From Acidobacteriota bacterium (GTDB lineage: Bacteria; Acidobacteriota; UBA890; WLXD01), in NCBI GenBank assembly GCA_965205505.1, contig CBDBHB010000007.1:96001-160000 (forward strand): 64,000 nucleotides of DNA. Reading direction: 5' to 3'. How positions within the stretch are numbered: position 1 is the stretch's first letter; every line of letters starts with the position of its first letter. The position numbers were made by a program, and so were the translations under genes. Of the stretch, positions 1 through 9,328 are shown piece after piece. A model generated the notes under the pieces. The model was not told the DNA's origin. It searched no databases and saw nothing but the letters and a program-made list of their open reading frames with translations.

Positions 1-717
1 GGGAGCCACCATGGCCGCCGGCAGCCAGCGATGGAACGGCATCAGCGCCGCCTTGCCCGTACCGAAGGCGAAGAGCGCCAGCAGAACCACGAGGGTCCCT
101 TCATCGGCGGTCCCGGCCAGGATGCCGCCCGGACGGAAATCAAGCGTCCCGGCCAGGTACCACGTCCAGATGATCGCAAGCAACAAGAACGCTACCGACG
201 TGCTCAGCAGGATGCCCAGATAAAGCCTGCCACCGCGCTTCGCAGCCTCGGTTCGATGGTGGGTAACCAAAGGGTACGTCGATAGCGTCAACACCTCGTA
301 GAAAATGAACAGGGTGAGCAAGTTAGCGGCGAACGCAACGCCAATGGCAGCCGAGATCGCCACGGCGAAACAGGCGTAGAAACGCGTCTGATCCACCTCG
401 TGGTGCCCGCGCATGTAGCCAATCGAATAGACCGTGGTAACGATCCACAGCCCCGAGGCCACGAGCGCGAACAGCATCCCGAGCGGCTCGACCTCGAACG
501 CCATCCACAGGCCGGCCATCACTTCCACCACATTGGCCTCGGGGCGGCCCCCGGCCTGCACCTCGGGCAGCAGTGTGAAAACCACGGCGAAGAGGGCGCC
601 GGCGGTGCTCAGGCTGGCCGCCTCGCGCAGATTCGGCCAACGTTGCAGCGCGACGACGAGCACCGCGCCGACTAGCGGCAGACCGACCGCAACATAGATA
701 GCCGTTTGCGAGCTCAC
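1..717 (-). CDS. Mrp/Mnh antiporter subunit D-family protein (second copy), truncated by window edge
   Basis: Manual translation from GTG 717 (GTGA overlap with upstream stop): hydrophobic protein with EPLGMLFALVASGLW, YSIGYM, ANLLTLFIFYEVLTLSTYPLV motifs of the MrpD/NuoL family. Confidence 0.85.
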   Translation of the reverse strand, partial: MSSQTAIYVAVGLPLVGAVLVVALQRWPNLREAASLSTAGALFAVVFTLLPEVQAGGRPEANVVEVMAGLWMAFEVEPLGMLFALVASGLWIVTTVYSIGYMRGHHEVDQTRFYACFAVAISAAIGVAFAANLLTLFIFYEVLTLSTYPLVTHHRTEAAKRGGRLYLGILLSTSVAFLLLAIIWTWYLAGTLDFRPGGILAGTADEGTLVVLLALFAFGTGKAALMPFHRWLPAAMVAP

Positions 718-2204
718 GGCGAGATCCCCAACAGAGATTCTGCCGCCATCCGCGCGATCCCGGCGGTCACGTCGGTCGTGATGCCGAAGTAGAAGATGGC
801 GATCACCAGCGCCCACATGGGAAGTAGAAGGGAAAGCGGGGCCTCGGTGATCGAGCCCTCGCCCTCGACCGCCGGTGGCTCATGGAAGTAAGCGACCTCG
901 ACGACCCTCCACACGTATACGGCGGCCAGCAGCGAGCTGAACAGCACAACCGCGGCGACCGGCCACAGGCCCTGCTCGAGCGCGGCGAGCACCAGGTACC
1001 ACTTGGAGATGAAGCCCACGGTCAGCGGCACGCCGATGAGGCTGAGGCCACCAGCAACGAAAGCGGCCATCGTCCACGGCATGCGGCGGCCCAGGCCGCG
1101 CATCTCGTCGATGTGGGCCGAACCGCAGCGCAGCACGATGCAACCCATCGCCAGGAACAATGCGCATTTCATCAAGCCGTGGTTGAAGAGGTGGACGATG
1201 CCTCCGGTCAACCCGTTGACCGAAGCGAAGCTGATGCCGAGAACCATGTAGCCGATTTGGGCAACGCTCGAATACGCCAGCATGCGCTTGATGTTGTTCT
1301 GGAAGATCGCCACCAGCGACCCGGTGACGATGCCAATCAGGGCGAGGGGCATCAGGAACACCCAAAGCCGCATCGACTCGAAAGCGAACTCGTATCCGAA
1401 GACAGTGAAGAAGAAGCGGAGCAGGATGTAGACGGAGACTTTCGTCGCCGTTGCGGCAATAAAGGCGGTAACGACCGACGGGGCGTAGGCGTACGCGTTG
1501 GGGAGCCACAGATGCAGCGGAAAGAGAGCCATCTTCACGCTGATGCCGACCACGAAGAACCCGAAGGCGACCAGCACCGTGCGGGTGTCGCGCACGGATT
1601 CGAGCTGCACGGCCATGTCCGCCATGTTCAGCGTGCCCGTCATGATGTAGAGCAGACCGATGCCGATCAGGATGAAGGTGGCGCCGAGCGTGCCCATGAT
1701 GAGGTACTGGTACGCGGAAGTGAGCGCTCTCCGGTCCTGCCCCATGCTGATCAGCACGTAGGACGACAGCGCCGAGATCTCCAAGAACACGAAGACGTTG
1801 AAGAGGTCGCCGGTGGCGGCGATGCCGAGCAGGCCGGTCAGACACAGAAGATAGGCGGTGTAGAAAAGGTAGTGGCGCTCATACCGCGGCAGCTCCACCG
1901 AGATGCTCGCCGGCGACCAGGTCGCGACAACCGCACCGATGCCGGACACCAGAATGAGCACGAAGGCGTTGAGCAGATCGATCCGGTACTCGATGCCCCA
2001 CGGCGGCGGCCAGCCACCGAGCTCGTAGGAAAGGATGCCCTGATCGAGGACGCGGAGCATCAGCAGCACCGAGATTGCAAAGGTCAGCCAAGTGGCCGCG
2101 ATGGCGAAGCCGGTGACCAGCGTGCGGTGCCTCAGCAGCAGACACACGGGAGCCGCCAGAAGCGGCACCAGGACGACCAGGACGGGCAGATGGTTCTCCA
2201 TCAA
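714..2204 (-). CDS. mrpD: Na+/H+ antiporter subunit D
   Basis: 496 aa; GGWPPPWGIEYRID, DLFNVFVFLEIS, KMALFPLHLWLPNAY, KRMLAYSSVAQIG. Confidence 0.93.
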   Translation of the reverse strand: MMENHLPVLVVLVPLLAAPVCLLLRHRTLVTGFAIAATWLTFAISVLLMLRVLDQGILSYELGGWPPPWGIEYRIDLLNAFVLILVSGIGAVVATWSPASISVELPRYERHYLFYTAYLLCLTGLLGIAATGDLFNVFVFLEISALSSYVLISMGQDRRALTSAYQYLIMGTLGATFILIGIGLLYIMTGTLNMADMAVQLESVRDTRTVLVAFGFFVVGISVKMALFPLHLWLPNAYAYAPSVVTAFIAATATKVSVYILLRFFFTVFGYEFAFESMRLWVFLMPLALIGIVTGSLVAIFQNNIKRMLAYSSVAQIGYMVLGISFASVNGLTGGIVHLFNHGLMKCALFLAMGCIVLRCGSAHIDEMRGLGRRMPWTMAAFVAGGLSLIGVPLTVGFISKWYLVLAALEQGLWPVAAVVLFSSLLAAVYVWRVVEVAYFHEPPAVEGEGSITEAPLSLLLPMWALVIAIFYFGITTDVTAGIARMAAESLLGISP

Positions 2205-2557
2205 GCCTCGACGTCCTGAACGTGAATCTCGCCTTCCTCCATAGTCCCGTACTCTTCGTTGATGCGGACGACGAGCCCCAGGGCCACGGCGGTTGTGGCC
2301 ACGCCGACGACGATGGCGGTGAGGATGAGTACCCCTGGAAGCGGGTTGGAATAGATCTCGACGCCCTCGGCGAGGATCGGCGCCGTGCCGCCGTCCACCT
2401 TGCCGACGGTGATGAAGAGCAGGAACACCGAGGTCTGGAAGATACTGAGGCCGATGACCTTCTTGATGAGATTGTCTCGGGCCACGACGATGTAGAAGCC
2501 CGTCATCATCAACACGATGACCACCCAGTAGTTGTATAGCCCCAACACATCCGCCAT
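2201..2557 (-). CDS. mrpC: Na+/H+ antiporter subunit C
   Basis: NLIKKVIGL, NPLPGVLILTAIVVG motifs; operon overlap. Confidence 0.92.
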   Translation of the reverse strand: MADVLGLYNYWVVIVLMMTGFYIVVARDNLIKKVIGLSIFQTSVFLLFITVGKVDGGTAPILAEGVEIYSNPLPGVLILTAIVVGVATTAVALGLVVRINEEYGTMEEGEIHVQDVEA

Positions 2558-2976
2558 CAGCTTCGCATCGTCTCGCCGAAGGCGTAGAAGATCGAGATCA
2601 TCACCCCGGCGACCGTCGTCCCCACGCCAAGCTCGACGAGCAATATGCCGAGGTGCTGACCATGCACTGGATCGTGCTGCAGCACACTGTAGTTGAGAAA
2701 CGTGCCGCCCTTGAGCATGGCGGCAATGCCCACGCCGATATACAGCAATAACCCCAGCGGAATCAGCAGATGGACGATCCGCGGGCTCAACGCTTGCTGG
2801 CAGGCGCGCAGGTCGAAGACGATTGCGTAGAGGATGACGGCGGCGGCGAAGATCACTCCAGCCTGGAAGCCGCCGCCCGGCCCGTAGTCACCGTGCCATT
2901 GAACGTAGAGTGCGTACAAGAGTATGTACGGAATGAGCAGCTTAGCGGCGACGCGGGGAATGCTCTGGCGCTTCAT
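2557..2976 (-). CDS. mrpB: Na+/H+ antiporter subunit B (MnhB domain)
   Basis: HGDYGPGGGFQAG motif; ATG 2976 overlaps upstream stop. Confidence 0.9.
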   Translation of the reverse strand: MKRQSIPRVAAKLLIPYILLYALYVQWHGDYGPGGGFQAGVIFAAAVILYAIVFDLRACQQALSPRIVHLLIPLGLLLYIGVGIAAMLKGGTFLNYSVLQHDPVHGQHLGILLVELGVGTTVAGVMISIFYAFGETMRS

Positions 2977-3497
2977 TCGCCGTCCCCGTCGGCCACCCAC
3001 CGCCGCCGCCGCCGAGCGCCACCCAACAGGATCATCACGCCGATGCCGGCCGTGAAGATCACTGCGGTCTCACCGAGGGTGTCGTAGCCGCGATAGCTCG
3101 CCAGCACCGCGGTTACGAGGTTGGGCACCCCCACCTCGTGCGGCGACTCATCGATGTAGCGAGGCGCCACGTGGCGGTGTACCTGCGCGTCAGGATCGCC
3201 GAGCCGCGGCATGTCGATGGTGCCGTACACCAACGCCGCGCCGGTGATGAGGATGACGATCAACGGCAGCAACGGCGCATGCTTGGGCTTCTTCTCCTCA
3301 GAGGTCGTCAGCGACAACGTGACGAGGATGAGGACCGTCGAGATTCCCGCACCGACCGAAGCCTCGGTGAACGCCACGTCGGGCTGGTCGAGCACGCTCA
3401 TCCAGCAGGCGCCCAACAGGCTGTAGATTCCGGAGACGATTGCCGCCGAGAAGAGCCCGCGGAGCCTGGCGATGCGCACCGCCGTCGCCACCAGCAA
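2973..3497 (-). CDS. DUF4040/MnhB-related Mrp subunit; true start uncertain (frame stays open to ~3534)
   Basis: DVAFTEASVGAGIS and NLVTAVLASYRGYDTLGE motifs. Confidence 0.85.
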   Translation of the reverse strand: MLVATAVRIARLRGLFSAAIVSGIYSLLGACWMSVLDQPDVAFTEASVGAGISTVLILVTLSLTTSEEKKPKHAPLLPLIVILITGAALVYGTIDMPRLGDPDAQVHRHVAPRYIDESPHEVGVPNLVTAVLASYRGYDTLGETAVIFTAGIGVMILLGGARRRRRWVADGDGE

Positions 3498-3508
3498 CGC
3501 CAGCAGGA

Positions 3509-3844
3509 CTAGGTCGATGATGGCGTCGATGTCTCACCGTCCTTTCCGTCCAGCATCGGCTCCAAGCCGCGGTCGTAGGCCGCTTGGGCGATCGCGTGGG
3601 TCGACGTCGGGCTGGCAATGTAGATGAAAAAAAGGATGAAGACGAGCTTCGCGGTCACCAGCGATAACCCCGCCTGCAGCATCAGCCCGATGAGAATGAG
3701 CGAGGCACCCAACGTGTCGATGACACCGGCGCCGTGCAACCGAGTGTAGAAATCTGGCAGCCGGCAAAGTCCGAGCGCACCCGCAACACAGAAGAAAGAG
3801 CCGCCCAGGAGCAGCGCCCAGCTGAGAATGTCGATCACGCTCAT
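3509..3844 (-). CDS. mrpG: Na+/H+ antiporter subunit G
   Basis: RLPDFYTRLHGAG, SPTSTHAIA. Confidence 0.92.
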   Translation of the reverse strand: MSVIDILSWALLLGGSFFCVAGALGLCRLPDFYTRLHGAGVIDTLGASLILIGLMLQAGLSLVTAKLVFILFFIYIASPTSTHAIAQAAYDRGLEPMLDGKDGETSTPSST

Positions 3845-3851
3845 CGGCGCG

Positions 3852-4145
3852 CTACGCTCCTTCGGAGTCCGCCGACTCTTGGTCGGTCACTTCGGCGAGG
3901 TCGCCGTATTTGAAGTACTTGAGCACGGCGAGCGTGCCGATGAAGTTGATCAGCGCGTAAACGAGCGCCAAATCGAGAAAATCCGGGCGGCCGTTCAAGA
4001 ACCCCAGCACGGCGATGAACAAAACAGTGGCGGTTCCGAAGCTGTTCACGGCCATCACACGGTCGTAGACGGTTGGACCGAGCGCGGCGCGGAGCAGCGC
4101 CAGAGTCATGGTGACCAGGATCGCGACCATCGCCGTCGCGAACAT
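3852..4145 (-). CDS. mrpF: Na+/H+ antiporter subunit F
   Basis: GPTVYDRVMA, DLALVYALINF. Confidence 0.92.
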   Translation of the reverse strand: MFATAMVAILVTMTLALLRAALGPTVYDRVMAVNSFGTATVLFIAVLGFLNGRPDFLDLALVYALINFIGTLAVLKYFKYGDLAEVTDQESADSEGA

Positions 4146-4645
4146 CAGTCGGCTCCCTCCAGCTGCGTCACGCGCCGATCCATCTCTCCGGTCTCCACCC
4201 CTGCCGCCGCCTCACGGCTCAACGCATGCACGGTGATGGTGGCAGCATCGAGCAGGACCGAGACCGTTCCGGGCGTGAGCGTGATCGAGTTGGCGTACAC
4301 CACCTGGGCGAGCTCGCTGCGCTGGCCGGCCGCAACCTCGATGACGTTGGGGCTGATCGGTAGCCGCGGGTGGAGGATTCTCCGCACGACGTCGAGGTTG
4401 GCCTTGACGATCTCCCAGGCCAGCCACGGAATGTACAGCAGCACGCGAACGTTGACGAAATCGACCGGGGCGCCCTCCGCGTCGACGACGTTCATGCGCA
4501 CGGCGATCAGGACGACGAGGGCCGTGCAGACGATCCCCATTACCAGCAGTAGCGGCTCGAAGTGCTGCCCCCAAGGAAACGACATCCCCGACCACACCTG
4601 CCAGGCGGCAAAGAGGAACAGACCGAGGGTGGCGGAGCGTTTCAT
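4145..4645 (-). CDS. mrpE: Na+/H+ antiporter subunit E
   Basis: EIVKANLDV, YANSITLTPGT, VHAL. Confidence 0.92.
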   Translation of the reverse strand: MKRSATLGLFLFAAWQVWSGMSFPWGQHFEPLLLVMGIVCTALVVLIAVRMNVVDAEGAPVDFVNVRVLLYIPWLAWEIVKANLDVVRRILHPRLPISPNVIEVAAGQRSELAQVVYANSITLTPGTVSVLLDAATITVHALSREAAAGVETGEMDRRVTQLEGAD

Positions 4646-4878
4646 CTGGGTTTCCCTGTGCTGATTCGAGCGGCGCGCCAATGGCGGAGTTTCTGCCGGT
4701 GCGCCGCCGGCCGTATACTCGCACCGGCTCACGTGGTCCTCAAGCTCGAGGTCGGCCCTTCGCTTTGCTACGCGGACGAACGCCCCGGTCGTGGTCCGCA
4801 AAAGGGCCCGTAGGTAGTGGGCAGGTTGAGATCGAAGCGCAGCACTAGACTCGCGTTGCCGTTTCGGGTCGCCGAAGT

Positions 4879-5157
4879 CTAGCAGGCCGTGGTGGAAGTG
4901 TGGTGGGTCTGGTTACGGCGAGTTGGGGCCAGATGCAAGGCGGCCTGACACTGGCGATGCCCTAGCCATCGTCGAGGAAGGCCAACGCCGCAGATGGCCC
5001 CAAATCGCCGTAACCCTTCGGGCGACAGGGGGTTGTGCGCGTATGCTGCGTCGTTCCTCGTCAACGATGGGGTAACCATCGCCTCCTCCTCTCTCCTTGC
5101 CTCCACTTCGCAAGACCCTGTCGCCAGATCCACCACACTTTCACCACGGTCTGCTAG
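4879..5157. mobile_element. MITE/REPIN-like non-coding element with 34-bp terminal inverted repeats ending in CTAG
   Basis: CTAGCAGGCCGTGGTGGAAGTGTGGTGGGTCTGG (4879-4912) vs CCAGATCCACCACACTTTCACCACGGTCTGCTAG (5124-5157), 31/34 complementary; two internal stem-loop modules. Confidence 0.7.
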
Positions 5158-5310
5158 CGCGCCACGGGACGATCCTACAGCGCGGCCGGATCGGACCGGG
5201 CAGCCTTCTAACGTATGACCGACCGGCGGGCGCCGGACGCCGGCATTCAGCAGAATTCGTCGCGCTCGGCGCCTCGAATCTATCCGTGGATTCGGACGGA
5301 GTCAGGCATA

Positions 5311-5336
5311 TAAGTTGTTGATATATAAAGACTTAC
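5311..5336. promoter_or_regulatory. IHF-consensus site within a TAAGT...ACTTA imperfect palindrome
   Basis: TAAGTTGTTGATA matches YAANNNNTTGATW; AT-rich patch in GC-rich DNA. Confidence 0.5.
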
Positions 5337-5412
5337 CTATTTCTTCGGGCTGGCCGTCGGGGCGCCAGAGGCAACTCGTTCGAGAACGGGCGCCGCGGGC
5401 CGCGTGGGCTTG

Positions 5413-5742
5413 CTACGGGGTCATCTCGCAGCGACCCCGGAAGTAGGCCCCCGGTTCGATGACCAGTTTGGCGGTGTTGAGATCCGCTTCGACCCGGCCG
5501 CTGGCGTGGATGGTCACCCGTTCGGCGCCCCGCACCTGGCCGCTCAGCGTACCGTGCACCTCCAACTCGCCGACCTCCAACTCGCCCTGAAGCGCCGCGC
5601 GCGGGCCGAGGATCAGGGTCGCCGGCGAGAAGACCTTGCCGGTGAACTTGCCGTCGATCCTGACCGACCCCTTGAATTGCAGCGTCCCATCAATCTCGGT
5701 GCCCTCTCCCAAATGACCGTCCAGGTTACCCGTTGTACTCAT
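5413..5742 (-). CDS. Bactofilin (polymer-forming cytoskeletal protein)
   Basis: LGEGTEIDGTLQFKGSVRIDGKFTG...IEPGAYFRGRCEM beta-helix pattern; GAGGAG RBS. Confidence 0.9.
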   Translation of the reverse strand: MSTTGNLDGHLGEGTEIDGTLQFKGSVRIDGKFTGKVFSPATLILGPRAALQGELEVGELEVHGTLSGQVRGAERVTIHASGRVEADLNTAKLVIEPGAYFRGRCEMTP

Positions 5743-5769
5743 CGCTCTCCTCAAATATTCGCCGGCGGC

Positions 5770-6618
5770 TCATTCGATGTCCGTCAACAGGTCGTAGATT
5801 CGATTGAGCTCTTCCAGTGAGGTGAAGGTGATCTCGACCCTGCCGCGGTCCTTGCCGCGGATGGCAACCGGTGTGCCGAGCGCTTTCGCCAGGCGTTGTT
5901 CGGCGGCGGCGACGTCGGGATCGATGGCGGGCGTTTCAGACCGCGCGTTTCCGGGGCTGCTCTCTGCCCGCACTCGCGCCTCGGTCTGTCGAACGCTCAA
6001 GCCGCGTTTGACAACCTCCTCGGCAACGCGACGCTGTGCTGCTGCCGACGACAGGCCAAGCAACGCACGCGCGTGCCCCATCGTCAGGTCGTCATCAACG
6101 AGTTGTTGCTGAATCGTCGCCGGGAGCGAGAGCAGCCTGAGATAGTTCGCTACGGTAGATCGTTCCTTGCCCACCCGGGCCGCGGTTTGTTCCTGCGTGA
6201 GTCCCATTTCCTCCACCAACAGGTGGTACGCACGCGCCTGCTCGATGGCATTCAGATCCTCCCGTTGAAGGTTCTCTATCAACGCCAGTTCCAGCGATTC
6301 GCGCGGCGTCGCCTCTCGAACCACTGCCGGAATGCGCTCCAGGCCGGCGCGTTGTGCGCCACGCCAACGTCGCTCTCCGGCGATCAACTCGAATCCGTTT
6401 TCAGCCTCGCGGACGACAATCGGTTGAAGTACCCCGTGAGTCGCCAAAGATGCCGCCATCGAGTCGATTGCCTCGTCGTCGAAGCTGTCGCGCGGTTGCT
6501 GTGGGTTGGGGCGAATGAGATCGAGCTCCAGCTCGAGCAGCCGCGAACGCGACGCCGTCGACGGCGTTGCCGCCGGGATCAGCGCGTCAAGCCCGCGCCC
6601 GAGTACCTTCCGTGCCAT
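5770..6618 (-). CDS. parB: Chromosome partitioning protein ParB/Spo0J
   Basis: [35 protein letters not shown]. Confidence 0.97.
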   Translation of the reverse strand: MARKVLGRGLDALIPAATPSTASRSRLLELELDLIRPNPQQPRDSFDDEAIDSMAASLATHGVLQPIVVREAENGFELIAGERRWRGAQRAGLERIPAVVREATPRESLELALIENLQREDLNAIEQARAYHLLVEEMGLTQEQTAARVGKERSTVANYLRLLSLPATIQQQLVDDDLTMGHARALLGLSSAAAQRRVAEEVVKRGLSVRQTEARVRAESSPGNARSETPAIDPDVAAAEQRLAKALGTPVAIRGKDRGRVEITFTSLEELNRIYDLLTDIE

Positions 6619-7371
6619 TCCGTACCACCTCGCGCATCAGTTTCAGGTATGCCTGCGCCCCCGCGGAGCGCAGATCGTACAGGATGATGGGCAAGCCGAA
6701 GCTCGGCGCCTCCCCGAGACGCACGTTGCGTGGCACCTCGGCAGCGAAGACATCGTCGCGAAGTGCCGGCGAACATCGGTGATTACCTGTCTGGTGAGGT
6801 TCATTCGCGGATCGACCATCGTCAAAAGGATACCCTCGAGCCGCAAGTCTGGGTTCATGCCGGATCGCACTCGTTCGAGGATCTCAATCATTCGGCTGAG
6901 CCCTTCCAGGGCAAGATACTCGCACTGTATCGGGATGATCACGCTGTCGGAGGCAACCAGCGCGTTTAACGTGAGCAGCCCCAACGCCGGCGGGCAGTCG
7001 ATCACTATGAAGTCGTAGTCGGACCGCACCCGCGCGATCGCCTCCCTCAGGCGCGTCGCACGATCAGCCACCTCCACAAGCTCCAACTCTGCGCCGACTA
7101 GCGTCGGCGCGGCCGGCGACACAGCCAGTTGATCGAGGGCTCCGGCTATCGTCGTCGCGGCAAGCGTGGCGGTGCCAGTGAGTACCTCATAGGTTGTCGG
7201 GTGTCCCTCCGGCGCGGCCACCCCCACGGCGCTGGTGGCGTTAGCTTGCGGGTCGACATCGATGAGCAACGTCGACAAGTCGGCGGCTGCCAGGCAGGCG
7301 GCGAGGTTCACCGCCGTTGTGGTCTTTCCGACCCCGCCCTTCTGGTTGGTGACGGCGATAACTCGTGCCAT
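6587..7371 (-). CDS. parA: ParA/Soj ATPase with a 1-nt frameshift near 6760
   Basis: [32 protein letters not shown]; the conserved C-terminus ([16 protein letters not shown]...SAGAQAY) continues in another frame to the stop at 6587. Confidence 0.93.
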
Positions 7372-7500
7372 ACCGCTTTCTCGTGACGGGTGGCTGGCTC
7401 ACGCCTGGCCGCCGGAACGCAGTCTCGATTCCCCTGGTGCCGAAATCGCGACGGCGCGAGCCCCGGAGCGTAACACGGTAGCGAACCCCTGCTGCCGTCA

Positions 7501-7516
7501 AGTTCCACGTGGAACA
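7501..7516. promoter_or_regulatory. parS site 1
   Basis: AGTTCCACGTGGAACA matches the parS consensus TGTTNCACGTGRAACA. Confidence 0.9.
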
Positions 7517-7528
7517 CAGCGCTTGAGG

Positions 7529-7544
7529 TGTTCCACGTGGAACC
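7529..7544. promoter_or_regulatory. parS site 2
   Basis: TGTTCCACGTGGAACC, 28 bp from site 1, upstream of parA. Confidence 0.9.
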
Positions 7545-7599
7545 GTTGTGCGCCTGCCCAGCCTTCCGGGTGGCGGCGCCACAATGCAACGATCATCTG

Positions 7600-8304
7600 C
7601 TAGGTTCCGAGCTCCAACGATACGAGATATGCCGAGTCGAGGTGAGGGAGCGGCTCGGCCTGTTTTACGACCCACCCGGCTCGACCTGCCCGCCGCCATT
7701 GTCGATCACTCGGCTTCGCAACGGCGCCGCCGGTCGAGAGATTGCGGCGCAGGGCGCGCAGAGTCTCCTCTCCAACGAACAGCAACGCCCTGCCTCCAGG
7801 TGCCATGATGGGTGGCATGGTCCCCAGTAACGGGCCCCATCCGGTCCAGGCCCGTGCGGTAAGCACGTGTACGGGTTGCGGAATGCTACCCGACTCGATC
7901 GCCACGTCGAGCCGCTCGTCGATCACCAACACACTCTCCAACCCGAGCGCATCGACGACCTCTTTCAGGAACGTAGCTTTCTTGGTGTTCGATTCGACCA
8001 GCACGCAGTCGCGATCCGGGTCGAGGATCTTCAGCGGCAGCCCGGGAGCACCGGCCCCCGAGCCAACGTCGAGCATCACGGGCCCGGCCCCGGCAAGGTG
8101 GCGTAGTGCAAGTGCTGGTTCGACGAAGTGTCGCAGCACCGCCGTGCGGCGATCGCGGATGGCAGTGAGGTTGATGTGTTGGTTCCAGCGCTCGAGCAGC
8201 TGTAAATACAGGGAGAACTGAGCTAGCTGCTCAGGACGGAGATGCGGGCGGTAGTGTTCGAAGCCCTTGCGGACCGCGTCTGCCGTGTCTTCGCCGCCGT
8301 GCAC
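7600..8304 (-). CDS. rsmG: 16S rRNA m7G527 methyltransferase
   Basis: WNQHINLTAIR, LDVGSGAGAPG, VESNTKKATFL; position before parA. Confidence 0.93.
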   Translation of the reverse strand: MHGGEDTADAVRKGFEHYRPHLRPEQLAQFSLYLQLLERWNQHINLTAIRDRRTAVLRHFVEPALALRHLAGAGPVMLDVGSGAGAPGLPLKILDPDRDCVLVESNTKKATFLKEVVDALGLESVLVIDERLDVAIESGSIPQPVHVLTARAWTGWGPLLGTMPPIMAPGGRALLFVGEETLRALRRNLSTGGAVAKPSDRQWRRAGRAGWVVKQAEPLPHLDSAYLVSLELGT

Positions 8305-8305
8305 G

Positions 8306-9328
8306 TCAGTGACGGCGACCCCTCGTAGTGGGAATCACATTGACAGCTTTCTGGAAGCCATTCCCGATACTGCGTGTCTCGACCTTGGGGTCCTCTGCCA
8401 GCGTAAGGTGGACGATGCGGCGCTCATAGGGGTTCAACCGGCCCGTTTGCTGCGGGGTGTCCGTCTCCTTCGCCTGGTGGGCCACCTGGTAGGCCATGTC
8501 GCGAATCTCGTCGTCTCGCTGTGAGCGGAAGTCGCCGGCGTCCACCCGCACGCGCCGATGCGCTCGGTCGGGGCGGTGTCGGAACGCATGGTTAAGGATC
8601 AACTCCAACGCCGATAGGCCGCGGCCGCGACCATCGAGCAAGTATTGGTTGTCGTCACCGGTGATTGCTATCTGCAGCGTTTCGCCGTCGAGTCTGGCCT
8701 CAGCCTCGCAATCGAACCCGAGTGTCTCAAAGATCGTGTCGAGCAGGTCGGTAGCCTCGTCCGAGACGTCCATTACGCCAGTTCCCTCGTCCGACTCGGC
8801 CGACTCGTTGGACTCGACCGTTGCCCCCTCTGGTTGATCCTCCAGCGTAGCTTCCGGTGGCACGTCGAATTCCTCCGCCTCCGCGACTTCCTCGACTTCG
8901 GCGGGCGCCTCTGCCGGAGCGCTTTCGGCAACGCGGAAGAACGCCGGCAGGTCGGCCTCGTCGGCAGCAGCAGCAGCGGTCGGCTCCCGATCCCCCGGCT
9001 CCGGTCCGTCATCGCCGTCCGTATCTCCCGGCGCTGGCGGCACTACGGGTGGCGCTTCGTCGGCTACAACCGCGGATTCCACGGGCTCCGTGAGCTCAGC
9101 CTCGCCTCCCGTCTCCGAACTCGAGCTGTCCCCTGATGCTGCGTCCGGCGGCTCGGACCCACGCCGCCAGGCGCGCACGGAATACACCGTGTCACCCAGG
9201 CCCCAAAAATCACCCGCCTTCTCGTCGACCAGTTCGTGTTCAAGCTCATCGACGGACACTCCGAGTGCCGTCGCTGCCTGTTCCAGGGCTGCTTCCACCG
9301 ACTTGTCTTCGAAAACCTGTGCGCTCAT
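8306..9328 (-). CDS. jag: Jag/EloR/KhpB RNA-binding protein (Jag_N, acidic linker, KH, R3H)
   Basis: KSVEAALEQA, LDGRGRGLSAL, LNPYERRIVH; ATG 9328 overlaps yidC stop. Confidence 0.9.
   Translation of the reverse strand: MSAQVFEDKSVEAALEQAATALGVSVDELEHELVDEKAGDFWGLGDTVYSVRAWRRGSEPPDAASGDSSSSETGGEAELTEPVESAVVADEAPPVVPPAPGDTDGDDGPEPGDREPTAAAAADEADLPAFFRVAESAPAEAPAEVEEVAEAEEFDVPPEATLEDQPEGATVESNESAESDEGTGVMDVSDEATDLLDTIFETLGFDCEAEARLDGETLQIAITGDDNQYLLDGRGRGLSALELILNHAFRHRPDRAHRRVRVDAGDFRSQRDDEIRDMAYQVAHQAKETDTPQQTGRLNPYERRIVHLTLAEDPKVETRSIGNGFQKAVNVIPTTRGRRH

Noticed and set aside
882-2219. 445-aa plus-strand ORF
   Set aside because: Antisense shadow of mrpD; such ORFs are expected in GC-rich DNA and it has no motifs
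4646-5160. Na+-sensing riboswitch for the mrp operon
   Set aside because: No recognisable riboswitch consensus by eye, and the G.U bias of the structure favours the strand opposite to mrp; an Rfam scan would be decisive
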